This document shows positions 12,830 to 26,353 of a stretch of DNA of 64,000 nt, piece by piece; position 1 is the first letter of the stretch, and the number at the start of each line of letters is the position of its first letter. The notes beneath the pieces are model-generated. The model saw only the letters and a list, made by a program, of their open reading frames with translations, made no database searches and was not told where the DNA came from. The stretch comes from Octopus vulgaris (Eukaryota), in contig OX597833.1 of assembly GCA_951406725.2 (NCBI GenBank), forward strand, positions 35,278,001 through 35,342,000, given 5' to 3'. The translations under genes were made by a program, and so were the position numbers.

Positions 12830-13720
12830 ATAAAAAGTAGAATAGAAGAAAGAAAGGCAGGGAGAAGGAGGAGGATTTCTACGACACATGTAGAAAAGAG
12901 GTAACAAAGAGATAAAGGGAGAAAGTAAAGTTAAAATCAGCGTAATGAAAGGAAAGGTTACTGGTCGTCAAGGGAATTCATCTAAACAGACATGAAATCA
13001 TTAAGGATGGCAGCTGACCAGAGGGAGAGACAGAGAGATATAGACAATGAAGGAAAGGAGTAGGCGTTGTGGTATCGAAGGAAGAAAATACGCTGAGATA
13101 AAGAGAATATGGTGCAAGAAGAAAAGAAGAAATGGTGCTGGCAGAGTTAAAAAGTTAGAGCTTTACTGCAATTGGAAATCATAAAGACTTTATGTAATGA
13201 GCACATGCGGAATAAAATTTGTGCATACACGAGAAGATTACGTCAGAGAACCAAATGAGTTTCAAGGTAGCTTCCAAACAAGGTGGTATGTGTTGTAAAG
13301 AGAAACTCCACGAACCCCGGATCAAGATAAGATATAGGGAATATCATAGGAGGTGGTGCATATATGTAGCTAGGGAGGTGGAAAGCTTAGAGGCTCCATT
13401 TGAGAATGAATTCCCGTGAGCCTGGTAGAAGCACTTGAAATCAACAGTGCCGCCAATGTAGACTATAGCCTGGTGGGAAATTTGGGTTATTATTACTGGG
13501 CATTTATATATGACATTATAGCTTTAAAAAAATCCATCGACGAATATAGTTGAAAGACCCGACAATTACACGTTTTCTCACTAGCAGTGAGCATAGCATT
13601 AATCCCTATCCTATGCTGATTCCTATGATCAGTTATCCTCGAGGTAGGAAGGTAAGACGGAAAATCCATCATAACTAGTATGAGCCTAGGAGAGGGCGTC
13701 ACCGCTGTCACGTGCATTAG
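12830..13720 (-). mobile_element. Highly decayed probable Penelope-like RT fragment
   Basis: Minus-strand LILVMMDFPSYLPTSRITD resembles the PLE RT motif L.TMDV.SLYT.I.H; downstream FHLP and PISYLD resemble FHP..FT and PFLD. The similarity is weak. Confidence 0.35.
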
Positions 13721-14694
13721 GGTTGCGAGTGCTAGGGGCTATGATATATACATAGACATGATATTTAATAACACAGATTGTGTCGTTAACCAGCTGGAAA
13801 AGATGCTAAAATAACAGTAACATCGTCCTTTACATTACGGTGGCATAAAAACATTATTATCCGGTCCTGTTACTGTACTTCTCCCGCTCAGAGATTTAAA
13901 ACATGTTTTTTTTCTTGGTATGATATATAAGATTCTTTATCAAAGCGATCATGTTGCGTTTATGTATGTGTTCGTAGATGGTAAGAAAGAGCTTCACGCG
14001 TAAATAACTTTTTTTATAAAGGAATTAAACATCTTCTTTATAGAGCAGACTGAGATTTTCCAAACGATTAGTTTCGTATACAAATAATATTATTTTGTAT
14101 TTTTTCAATAATATTCCGCATTTCAACATCAAGTGCTTCGTCAATTTTTAATTTGAAACTTAGTGGGAGATGTTATTTGTGAAGCTATAGAACTTTGATA
14201 AGTTGAGATCAGTACAGAGTCCAGTTGAAAAAAAAATCTGATTTGTAGTCAAAGTATAGATAAATAGAAAACAGAACCTTTTAGTTTGAATAAGATTATG
14301 AAGCATATTCATACTTTGGTAGTTCTCGCATCACTTCTTTTTACTAAAACGATATGGCAATTCACGAGTTTATCAGTAAATCAGTACACTGAAGACTTCT
14401 ATCATGATATTTGTAATTTTTAGGGTCATACCCGCGGTAAAATAGTACCTTCATGTACATTAGCTACCTGCCTGTGTTCTATGTTGCCCACAAATAAATT
14501 CGCGTGCATGTAACTTCTATCATATCGAAGTTAGACGCATTTTCTTCTATGCATCTGGATTCATTATTCAAATCTTATGTTATTACAGAACGAATGATGC
14601 TATTTTTCTTTTATCCGAACGAATTCAATTCTTTTCTGAAATTTCGGGGAAGGAAATTTGAAAGCAAACAGTTAATGAAATAATTGATCTAATT

Positions 14695-14867
<173 letters not shown>

Positions 14868-15622
14868 CATATGTATTCAAAAACTGCTCCAGTTGCATAT
14901 GCGTTTCAACTTTGTAGGTTCTTCGGTATAATTTATAATTTTAAAACTTTAGGAAGAATTTTGTTTCCGTCGGTATGTTTCGTTTAACATTTCTTTATCT
15001 TTACTGAAGTGCCAATATCTTACTGAACACCTACTATTAATCCCAAATCCTGAGTTCTATACCAAAAAAAAAAAAATTCTCCACTATGATAATCGAAATT
15101 ACACAGACGAAACTTTAGCGGCTGAAGTTTGTATACAACTGGAGTATTATTGGATTAACGCAAATTATGACATAATTGCGTTTTTTTAAAATTTGCTCTT
15201 TCAAATCCCTCAAATACAGGAAATCTATTTTTAAAAATTAGCTTTATTCGCCGATGCAAGAATAAATAAAATGAATAATGAATTTCAACATGTGCATGCA
15301 TTTGTGTATAAGGATACATACACATACATGCACATATATATGCATACATACATATGTGGATATGTATATGTGTACATATGCATGTAACATAAGATTTGAA
15401 TAATGAGGTAATCAGATCGGATGGTTCATATTTATAGATATTTATTTATATATTACATTTTTTACATATATATCATATCATTCAGATCATATCATTCGGA
15501 TTAGCGCTTTCTCCCAATCCAGTGGGGTTTTCAAATCAAATATATATACACATATATATATACGTATATATATACATATATATATATACATATGTACATA
15601 TATATATATATATGTATATATA

Positions 15623-15685
<63 letters not shown>

Positions 15686-15978
15686 ATAATAATAAAAATA
15701 ATACATGTACGGAATTAAATGCATTATTTAAATGCATCGGTACGCGCGTTTGCACAAATCACCCGACTTATTGTGACCATAGTCCACATATCTAAGATGA
15801 TTACAGTCCATTCTAAAAGTCATAAATTCTATCCTTGGAATAACTAGGCCGTAGCCCACATAATAAAGTAGGAGCTTTTATATGCGTACTCTAAACGCTA
15901 CCTGTAAACAAACTTAAAGGATATATATATATACATACATATATGTATATATATAGATATAAGTATATACATACATAC

Positions 15979-16021
<43 letters not shown>

Positions 16022-16271
16022 CGTGTGTGTGTGTGTGTGTGTACGTAATATCCAGGGGTCGATGTGTAGGAAGAAAGTCAGCTTCGAGCAATCCCTAGTA
16101 AATAGAAAAAAAAACAACTTCCAGGAACAATAATGGTTTATTGAGACGGAAGGTTGCGGAATATTTTCTTTTTTTTTTATCGAAGAGCGATCAACATAAA
16201 AAAAGTTCTTTTTATATTCCACTATAGGTAACTGTGACTGCCGAGTGTGTGAAAAAGTATATAATAGTTAA

Positions 16272-16434
16272 GGATTGGAGAAATAAAAATCTGGGTTTTA
16301 TATGTTTCATAGCGAGTAGAACCTCAGAATTGGTAAATCCAGGTGAGGTGTATACCACCTCACTTGTATTTACCACTTCTGATGTTCCAGTCGCTATGAA
16401 AGATATGTAGTTCAGATTTTTCCCACTCCATTCC
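16272..16434. repeat. ~160-bp imperfect palindrome, centre 16351-16355
   Basis: tttcatagcga...cagaattggtaaatccaggtgaggtg-tatac-cacctcacttgtatttaccacttctg...tcgctatgaaa. Confidence 0.85.
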
Positions 16435-16470
<36 letters not shown>

Positions 16471-16642
16471 CTGCGTGTGTGTGTGTGTTAAGATGGATGG
16501 AGAGAGATAAGGAGGGAAAGTGTACACAAAGAAGACAAGTCGCAGAACACATAATATAATGAAAAAAAAGCAAGCGCTGTAATCTACAAAGAGAAAAAAA
16601 GAGCGGTGACGTCACTCGTTTAGAACAAGGACAACACAATCA

Positions 16643-16674
<32 letters not shown>

Positions 16675-17889
16675 AAAAAAACACTCATACATACACACGC
16701 ACATACAAGCACATCCACATTTGCATACACATATACACAAATTTCTTCATTAGCTGCTGGCTGAAGTTTCAGAGTTTTGGTGCATTCACAGTAGAACTAT
16801 TAGCTTCGGCATGCCTGTAGATGTAAAAGAATCTGCTAGGGAAATCCTTATTTGAATGGAAGACAATAACAAAGGAGAGAGACAAGAAAATGGAGAAAAA
16901 GAATGAGGTTATTTTTACTAGTGTAACGTTAAGACTGAATTAAAAAAAAAACTGTATGCACGATAGAAAAGCAGACAATTATATCAGTGCTGTCTGATGC
17001 GCACATTATTTAATCCCATTTTAGGAAAAAAATATTTTAAAATAATTTACGTCATACCATTTGTAATGGATTGATATGATTTGACAAAATCGTTACAGCG
17101 CTGGAGGAAAAGTCTTTCCTTATTTGGTTTTGCCTTTTAGGCTCCAAATTCCGAGCTCAGTTTATCTTTCGTTCTTTTGGTATCGATGAAATCAAGTACG
17201 AATAAAGCACTGGTGTCGACTGTTCCCCTCCTCCAAAATTTCGGGCTTTGTGCCTATGCAAGGAACAATTAATCCCTTCGATATCTTTGTGCTTTACGTA
17301 GTATACTGTCTCAGAAAATGTAAAGTTAGTTTCATATATGGAAATAAAGACAAGGTAAAAACCAGAGCAGATCAAGCCAAGAACTGTGGTTAAAAAAGAA
17401 AAAAAAATCGTCACAGAATTTCATAGCAGCCGTTTCGTAAATGCATGTTACACAATTTATCTAGGGCTATTAAACCAAGGTTATTGTCAAGAATTGATTT
17501 CTAGAAGTATTCACTAATAACCTGTTTATAGCAGCCATTCATTATTTCGATTGGTTTGCAATACAATGGATTTATGTAACCATCATTGTTCTTCACAACG
17601 AACTGCGTGATGCATAGACCAATATGATAAAATTGATTTCGAAGAAATCATTATATAAATAACATACTCACACCGCTCACGTACGCGCATACACGTAAAT
17701 GCTCTAAACTATCAGCCTCTTAGGAGCCAAAGTTTCGAAGGCGTTAAACATAATTGCCATTCTAGTCTCACTTAATACCAGAAAATTCTTTCTTCTTCAG
17801 TGACCAAAAGTATAGTTTTGCTGATTCATGGTCAACCAGTACTGCAGTGGCTTCTAACAGAATTCAGTCGGTGCGTGTGAGAGCGTGCG

Positions 17890-18252
17890 CAAGAGAGAGA
17901 AAGAGAGAGGAAGGGAGGGAGGGAGGGAGGGAGGGAGAAAGAAAGAGAGATGGAGAAAGAGAGAGAAAGAGAGAGGGAAAGAGAAAGAGGGGAGAGAGGG
18001 GGATGGAGAGGGAGAGAGAGGGAGTGAGGGAGTGAGGGGGAGAAAGATAGAGGGGTTGGGAGAGAGGAGATGGTGTGTGAGAGAGAGAGAGAAAGAGAGA
18101 AGGGATGAAGAGAGAGAAAGAGATGGAAAGAGAAAGAGGGGAGAGTAGGGATAGAGAGGGGAGAGAGAGGGGAGAGAGAGGGAGAGAGGGAGAGAGAGAA
18201 AGGGATGAGGAGAGGGGAGAGAGTATGAGAGAGGGAGAGAAAGATAGAGAGT
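17890..18252. repeat. Polypurine (GA-rich) low-complexity tract
   Basis: Near-pure G/A run. Confidence 0.9.
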
Positions 18253-18481
18253 AGGAAGCAGCGTTTACCCTACACCAAAAACATTATTCTGTTTTTCATT
18301 CAAATGTACATTTTAATCTGTAGATATATAAATTCATAAATATCGTGCATAGAAGATGATATAGATTAAAATAATTTGGTATAGTAAAATATAAATGAAG
18401 AATTTGTAATTTCAATCTAAAAATATAAAACTTTGGGAAGAATTTCCAGGAATTTATTTACAATAATATATCTGTCAATGA

Positions 18482-18680
18482 AAGTGGCGAGCTGGTAGAA
18501 TCATTAGCACGATGGGCAAAATGCTTAGCGGCATTTCATTCGTCTTCACGTTCTGGGTTGAAATTCTGCCGAGGTCAACTTTGCTTTTCAAATAAGTATC
18601 AGTTGAACGCTAGGGTTGACGTAATCGACTTACTCCCTCTCCCGAATTTGCTGGCCTTGTGCTAAAAGTTTAAGCCAGTA
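18482..18680 (+). mobile_element. SINE family B copy
   Basis: gtggcgagctggtagaatcattagcac...gttctgggttgaaattctgccgaggtcaactttgc matches 35288-35400. Confidence 0.8.
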
Positions 18681-18730
18681 TTGCTATGATTAGCGAATAT
18701 AGCATTTAGTATATTCTGCATTAGAAAATA

Positions 18731-19268
18731 TTGGGTTGTCCGGAAAGTTCGTGCCGATTTATAGTACCTTACCACCTTTCGACTTATTTTAGAACATGGT
18801 TGAGTCCATAAAACAGGATTTGACTACACCCCCATTAAGAGCACAGTTTAAGCTATCTTTTCGTAGAAGAAGGTTTATGTTCCTATAACCTGTGTTAACT
18901 CTGAAACCCTTTAAAATGGAAGATAAGAAAGTTCATTTTCGGCACTTGATGCTTTGGGAATCAGACAAAAATTGCTGCAGCTCGGCCTGGATGTGTTCCC
19001 CCACCCTCCATATTCACCAGATATTGCCCCTTCGGATTCCCATTTATTCAAGTCAATTCTTTGGATGACGTAAAAAGATACCTTGATGAATTCTTTGCCA
19101 TGAAACCACCTCAATTCTGGGAAGAGGCTATTTTCAAGTTAAAGGAAAGATGGAGACGCATTGTGCAACCAAATGGTTCATATTTGGTTGATTAATAATG
19201 TAATGGCAAGTATTTATTGACCTTTTTCCTTCCTTTAAAAATCGGCACGAATTTTCCGGACAACCCAA
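18731..19268 (+). mobile_element. Internally deleted mariner element (MITE-like)
   Basis: TIRs ttgggttgtccggaaagttcgtgccgattt / aaatcggcacgaattttccggacaacccaa with TA on both sides. The transposase start MEDKKVHFRHLMLW is joined to the C-terminal HPPYSPDIAPSD..HLF. Confidence 0.92.
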
Positions 19269-19988
19269 TATGTTGGTATAAAATGTGAAGTTTACTGTTT
19301 TAAATTCTCTTTAATAGATTTTTATTTTTCTAGGCACAACGCAACAAACTATACGAGACCTCGGCTATGATCAAAGGTATTATCATATCATATTTGCTAC
19401 ATCATCATTTATAACTGATAAATTGCTTTTAAGCGAATGCACCAAGTTTTAGTGGAGGGAAATATCAAGCGTGACTTCCTTTTACTCTAAAATTGTTAGA
19501 CCTGAAATTGAAACTGCAGCGCGGAAACATATCTCTATATGTACAGAGCTAGTCTGTTTCTATGTATATTTAAAACGACACAATTGGTGTTGTAAAGAAT
19601 GCATGACAACAACTTGTAAATCTATGTGGAAACAATTTGATTATACAATATTATCAGTGACGTAATTACAGTTACTCGCTTGCTAACTTTTGGTTAAACA
19701 GCATTAAGATGTTATCATATTTATTGGAATTTGAATATTTAAAGCAGTACACTTGTGTCTATTATTAAATCATTGAAATCATGAGAAGACAAGAATTATT
19801 AAATAAAGAGGCTGAAAATTAACGACAAATCAAAGCATTAAAGATTGGAACAATTGAGTTGATAGAAAACCAACAGTGATATATTATTTTTATATTTCCA
19901 AAGAAAAAATAATTATAAAAATCGTTGAGAGGGAAAACTGCAAATTGTCAGCCATATTTTGAAAGAAGTTAACAAAGATATTGTGCTG

Positions 19989-19989
<1 letters not shown>

Positions 19990-20019
<30 letters not shown>

Positions 20020-20568
20020 TGTATGTATGTATGTATGTATGTATGTATGTATGTATGTATGTATGTATGTATGTACGTATTTATATGTGTATGTATGTTT
20101 GCATGTATGAGTGTATGTATGTACGTATGCATGTATGTACGTATGTATGTATGCATGTATGTATGTATGTATATGTGCATGCATGTATGAATGTATGTGT
20201 GTATATATGTATGCATGCATGTATGTATGTATGCATGCATGCATGTATGTATGTGTGTATGCATGCATGTATGTATGTATGTATGTATGTATGTATGTAT
20301 GTATGTATGCACGTATGTATGTATGTGTGTGTATGTATGTATATATTTTATATTATATATAGATATATATATTATATTTTTTTAATATTTTATCTAGTTT
20401 CAGCTCACGAACTGTGGCCATGCTGGGGCACTGCCATTCATGTATGTATGTATGTATGTATGTATGTATGTATGTATGTATGTATGTATGTATGTATGTA
20501 TGTATGCATGTATGTATGTATGTCTGTATGTGTGTGTATGTATGTGTGTATGTATGTATGTATGTGTG

Positions 20569-20601
<33 letters not shown>

Positions 20602-20625
20602 TTGTGTGTATGTATGTATGCATTC
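19990..20625. repeat. (TATG)n microsatellite arrays, partly degenerate
   Basis: Direct observation; a short SINE 3' remnant lies at ~20395-20435. Confidence 0.9.
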
Positions 20626-20630
20626 ATGTG

Positions 20631-20940
20631 TGAAGATGCGTGGCTTATTGATTAGGATATTCGGATTTCGATTGTAAGGTCGTGTGTTCGATTCCTAGTG
20701 GCGCATTGTGTCCTTGAGCAAGATACTTTATTGTTGCTCCAGTCCACTCGGCTGGCAAAAATGTATCGTACTTATAATTCAAACGGCAAGTCTTGTCACA
20801 TTCTGCCTCACGGTGAATCTCCCAAAAGGCGTTCAGGGTACGCCTTTTGCGGAGTGTTCAGCTGCTTGCATATTAATTTCACGAGCAGGTTGTTTCGTTG
20901 ATCGGATCAACTGGTATACTGATCGTCTTAATCGACGAAG
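20631..20940 (+). mobile_element. tRNA-derived SINE family C (V/CORE-like gtgtccttgagcaag domain)
   Basis: A-box-like gtggcttattgattagg, B-box gtgttcgattcc, then ttgtgtccttgagcaagatacttt...gctccagtccactc. Related to 28869-28998. Confidence 0.7.
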
Positions 20941-21081
20941 TGTCATTTTTTTTTATGCATGTATGTATATAGTCTTCAGGTTTTAGTTTTCGATTTACCT
21001 GTCAGTGAAGAAAGATTCGATTTGTAAGTGAGAAAAAAGGCTCTTTCATTGAAATTTAGACGTCAACGTTGTATTTATACA

Positions 21082-21275
21082 CACGGTGGCCCAAAAGTAG
21101 GTTTACAGTTATTCAACTATTACTTTCGCATTCATATATTAAAAGTTTAGATCTTAATTATAAAAAAAAATGAAACCATTATTCTATGCTAATTTAGTTA
21201 ATTGTAAGATAGAAATTTAAATGTAAATTTAAAGTGCCTACGTGATAACTGTAAACCTACTTTTGGGCCACCCTG
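21082..21275. mobile_element. Tc1/mariner-type MITE, ~195 bp
   Basis: TIRs ggtggcccaaaagtaggtttacagttat / ataactgtaaacctacttttgggccacc; right end ccctg-TA. Confidence 0.85.
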
Positions 21276-21779
21276 TATATACTTGCATGTATATATGCAT
21301 GTATTCATAAATGTATGCCTGCATGTATGTATGTTTGCATGCATCTATGCATGCTTGTACGTATGTATTATATAATCATGTGTCCATACATACATATATG
21401 TTTGTATGTATATATGTATGTATGTATGTACACATTTAAACCATAACTATGTATCCTTGATCATCAATCGGGACCACCTTTCCAACTTCTGTAAAATTAT
21501 GCACCTCGTATAAGGCGACGGGTCGATGTAATCAACTTACCCACTCACTCGAAATTGCTGAGCTTGTGCAAAAATTTGATATTATGCACCTCGTGTCTGC
21601 AGACTTGATGCACTTCAACATTGAAAGGCTGTTAGAATTGATGTTATGCCCCTGTAGTCTGATTTTAGTTTAAAGTAGAGATTGTTTACTTCACACGTAA
21701 TCTCGAAAATTCTGGTGTGGAATATGAATTTTACGTTTTAGTATTAATAAACCAAATATCAGCAGCGCCTGGTTGATTA

Positions 21780-22910
21780 ATCCATATGTGCGCTATTGAT
21801 TTATTGCATGCGAAAATATTTGTGGATCTAGTGTTATGTTACCTGGTTATCCGTTCTATGTTTCAAGTTCCACCATATGATATATTTTTACTCATTCCTA
21901 GATATCTCTCGTCTGATATAAGAAATATCGTTAAGCAATTGATAGACACGTTACCATATAAGCTTGTATTTTCTGCTCCACTTACTGCCATTGAGGGACA
22001 TTTATCGTGGATAAACCCCATGCCTTTATTCTTTGGGAATGATGCAACGACGTCAAAATTCTTCATACCATTCATAGACATGAAATACATTATTAGTTCT
22101 CAAAAAGACAGCGTGTTAAGTTGGTGTTTTTGTCTTCTTGTAAGCTATCCTGAATTTCCCGCCGGACGTCTGACCCCACAGTTTTATTAGTGAAACGTTG
22201 GTCAGCACTGACACAAAACCCTTTCTTTCCAGTTGCTTTACCAGCTATGATGATATAATTACTAACATTTTCAATCAGTCTAAATCTATTCTTGGAAGAA
22301 AAGATTAGATAAGCTGTATACATTATCTTCAGGTACGTATTTGATCGATTGCTTTTCTTCTTGTGTGTGGAAATTTTTGAGGGTATGAGTTTTGTTTTTA
22401 TATCAGCACCAATCAGCTTCGTATGTTTACATGTCCATGAGAAATTTCTGATAGAAACCGATAAGATTCTTTCGTTAGACTGTTAGTATTTTTGCACTAG
22501 TATCTGAAATCATATCTCCCCCTAGTGCTTTCCTCTTCAGAAGATTTTGAATCCCAATCTCAAGGACATCACTATTGAAGCCCTATGCTGCTCTTCTAAT
22601 ATTGGAGCAACACTTCTTCCGAAATTCCCCCAAGCTACATTGTATGCTGGTTAAACTTCATCTCTTCTTTCCATGTTTTTTTATTATTTTGAGTAAATTT
22701 GTATCTTTCTAAAATGGGGACATCTGCAATATATATTGAAAGTCCCCTCATGCATGTATATACAGCTGATTGATTTCGATTGAGTTCCTTATTATTTTTC
22801 TTTCAGTCCCTCTCTTCTTCACTGATATGTTTTAACTCCTGTTTGAGTGTTATTAATTTGTCTTCAAGTGTTCTCATTTTTGCAATCTTATTCTTCTGAT
22901 CACATACTTC
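21780..22910 (-). mobile_element. Decayed non-LTR RT fragment, R4/Dong-like
   Basis: Minus-strand VRREIQDSL (cf. RGIFQGDSLSP), KGMGFIHDKC (cf. IGM.FGLDKC) and ERYLG (cf. YKYLG) occur in the expected order. Confidence 0.5.
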
Positions 22911-22956
22911 TTGAATGAACGTGACCATAAGAATATACATATACATACATACATAC

Positions 22957-23320
22957 ATGGTGGCTGCCCCCTCGTTATCGAGTATGGCCATTGCGCGAAG
23001 CTTAATCAATGTTGTTATCGTGCAATGCCTGTGCAAGAAGATTATTTTTAAAGTGAGGAAAGGCTGTGCACTGAGTCAATCCCACTCACTAAGCAACAGC
23101 AGCCATCATCCGAAAAGAAGAACAAGTCAACATCATCGGTAACCACTGAGCCGCAGGTTTTATGTCGGAGTTATCCCAGTTACCTGAGTTACCTTCTCCT
23201 AGAAGGATGCCCTAAACAAAGGGTAGGAGTCTTTCACTCCCAATGGTTTAACCGCGCGATCGAGTATTCAGTCTGATTATTTCTATGTCCCCGCGCATGA
23301 TACAGCCTTAAGGCATTTAT
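22957..23320 (-). mobile_element. Short non-autonomous retroelement, copy 2 (longer than 331-585)
   Basis: Close match to 331-585 over ~255 bp; preceded by (TACA)n. Confidence 0.7.
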
Positions 23321-23480
23321 TGGATGGTCTTTGACTCTCAAGAATTCCTCCGACCGACCTACCTACCTACCTACCTACCTACCTACCTACCTACCTACAT
23401 ACATACATACATACATACATACATACATACATACATACATACATACATACATACACACATACATATACATACATACATGC

Positions 23481-23562
<82 letters not shown>

Positions 23563-23828
23563 CACATTAAAAATGAGCTGCCACTAGTTTCATGTTTTAC
23601 GATACATTGAATAGGCAAATTTTTAAACAACCCATGTATCTCCTAACAATCTTTCAGGCTCTATTTATGCATTATATATATATATTTGGAGCCCGAACAA
23701 TGAGAAAATAAGTTAAAAAAGAAAAGAAAAACGCGAAAGTTAATGCAAAAAAAAATGGAACCAGAAATGGAAACGTAAAAAAGAAAACCAAGGTCCCTGT
23801 CCTCCTTCGTAGAAACATAAAACTATTA

Positions 23829-23995
23829 CATTATTTACATTCGACGGATATTTGTCCTCATCTTGTTTGTTGTTAACACAACGTTTCGGCTGATATACCC
23901 TCTAGCAATCTCTAGGTGCTTAGGGGAAATTTCGAACCTGGGTTCTCATTCCCAAGGTATTTTTCGATTTTGTTGTTGTTGTTGTTGTCGTCGTC

Positions 23996-24029
<34 letters not shown>

Positions 24030-24250
24030 AGGTCACTGCTTGGAATCGAACTCGGAATCATGGGGTTAGTAGCCCATGCTCTTAACCACTACGCCATATG
24101 CCCACGGGCATATGAAGACGGCTGGAGGGTATATCAGTCGAAATGTTGCGTTAACAACAAAGAAGATGAGGACAAATATCCGTCGAATGTAAATAATGTA
24201 AATAATGTACATAATGTACATAATACCTCATCTCTTAAATATAGAACTGT
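23829..24250 (-). mobile_element. Composite element: tRNA-like head + (AAC)n + HHR tail + inverted partial copy, bounded by a 12-bp direct repeat
   Basis: ataaaactatta at 23817-23828 and 24251-24262. Minus-strand head ggcgtagtggttaagagc...gagttcgattcc at 24095-24030. Arms 23829-23906 and 24121-24198 are inverted repeats. Confidence 0.8.
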
Positions 24251-24580
24251 ATAAAACTATTAGTTGCTCTTTCGTAATGTGTATTAAATTAATATTTATC
24301 TCTCACTGGAGGGAGTACTTTTTTTCTGATTCTACCTACATGGGATATATATTTGCATATATATAAATATATACATGCACGCGCATGTACGTGTGTGTAT
24401 ATATACATGCATGTATATCACTATGTTCCAAGTTGCTGGTAACTGTTTTGCTCCAAGTAATCTAAAATTTTGCAAAAAAGCACATCTTTATGAGAGAGAT
24501 TTTCTGATAGTCTGTAAAGCTAGGTATCACCATTTACACTAGTAATATTCATTACACACACATTTCTGTGTCTATATATA

Positions 24581-24691
24581 GGCGCAGGAGTGGTTGTGTG
24601 GTAAGTAGCTTGGGCAAGTGTCTTCTACTATAGCCTCGGGCCGACCAAAGCCTTGTGATTGGATTTGGTAGACGGAAACTCAAAGCCCATC

Positions 24692-24746
<55 letters not shown>

Positions 24747-24955
24747 TGTGTATGTTTGTGTGTCTGTGTTTGTCCCCCTAGCATTGCTTGACAACCGATG
24801 CTGGTGTGTTTATGTCCCCGTAACTTAGCGGTTCGGCAAAAGAAACCGATAGAATAAGTACTGTGCTTACAAAGAAGAATAAGTCCCGGGGTCGATTTGT
24901 TCGACTAAAGGCGGTGCTCCAGGATGGCCGAAGTCAAATGACTGAAACAAGTAAA

Positions 24956-24958
<3 letters not shown>
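24581..24958 (+). mobile_element. SINE family A, near full length (B-box region deleted), with internal (TA)n
   Basis: ggcgcaggagtggttgtgtggtaagtagcttg...ttgggcaagtgtc...(TA)n...gactgaaacaagtaaaaga; reverse complement of 31553-31964. Confidence 0.9.
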
Positions 24959-24995
<37 letters not shown>

Positions 24996-25302
24996 TGCCT
25001 TTTACCCTAACTCTCCGTACGTATCTCTTTTATCGCCTACTTTCTCCTCTTTTCTAGAGTATTCTCCGTGCATACGACGAAGTGTTATGTCCACAGCATC
25101 ACACCTAACCTTCACTTTATAACTATTTTTCTCCATCACCAAACTAATTATATCCACTGTGAAAGTCATCATGTATTTGAAATGGTCATTTGTTTTACGT
25201 ACATGCACACATACATACATAAATACATACATACATCATGTGAGTGTGTGTGTGTGTGTGTGTGTGTTTGTATGTGTGTGTGTTTCTTGTGTGTATGAAT
25301 TT

Positions 25303-25516
25303 GTCGGCAAGCTGGCAGGATCGTTAGCACGCCTGACAATATGCTGCGTCTGTCTTTACATTCTGTGTTCAAATTCCCTCGGAGCCAACGTAGACTTTCA
25401 TCCTTTCAGGGTCGATAAAATATGTACCAGTTGAGCATTGGGGGTCGATATAATCGACTTACCCCTCCACTCCACGCCCTCACAAAATTACTGACCTTGT
25501 GCTAAAATTTGAAAAC
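25303..25516 (+). mobile_element. SINE family B copy
   Basis: ggcaagctggcaggatcgttagcacgcc...gttcaaattcc...ctttcatcctttcagggtcgataaaatatgtaccag. Confidence 0.8.
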
Positions 25517-26289
25517 AATGGCTACCATATCGATACTTCTGACATAGAGGGAAACATCACTTTATTTGCATATTAAAGGAAAGCCGTTACTTCGGGCTAA
25601 GAAAGTTTGATGCGTACTCCAGCTTTAACATTTAATACAGAAGTAAGTGCAGACTGACTCGTTGATATTTCAGAAAGTGATGTCATGTCAACCAGAGGTC
25701 AGTCTTTGCAGCCAAACTCTAAGAACTGTGAAATTAATTACAATCGAAATCATTTAGCGGTTTGGGATTATTTAAAACTTAAGTGGGTTTTACGCGTGCG
25801 ACACAAATTTTGCCTCTCGCGTATAATAAAAAAAAATAATTTTAATAATAGTTAAAAGAAACCTGTTTGCGCATGCGTAAGGAGCTGAATCACACACTCA
25901 CGCGAGCCCCGACAGCGTGACCTACATAGAGTGTCTAGACTGATATGGTGAGTCTAGACATCGGTGATAACATTTGTGTATCTCCTGGACACTTGATGTC
26001 ATAATTTAATTGAACTACATACTTCAGACATACACGCATCAACACTCGTATATATATTCTCATACGAATGACAAATACCTGCACAGCATGAAGAAAATGT
26101 GTAATGAATCATAGTTAATTGGAAATAAATACACCTAAGTAATAATCAAAACAATTTTGAAAACAAGGTGTATATAAGTGTGCATGCGAGATAAATTTAT
26201 ACACACACACACGCATACACACACAGATATATATAAAAAGAAAATATTGTGTTTATATGTGCCTATACATAAACACATATGTATATATG

Positions 26290-26353
<64 letters not shown>

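Noticed and set aside
16604-16615. Perfect CRE palindrome gtgacgtcac
   Set aside because: A single short motif, also present in the repeat at ~5083, with no supporting transcript evidence.
24030-24095. Possible tRNA gene (also 28869-28940 and 31890-31964)
   Set aside because: A and B boxes are present, but there is no complete acceptor stem and each continues into repeat bodies; these are SINE heads.
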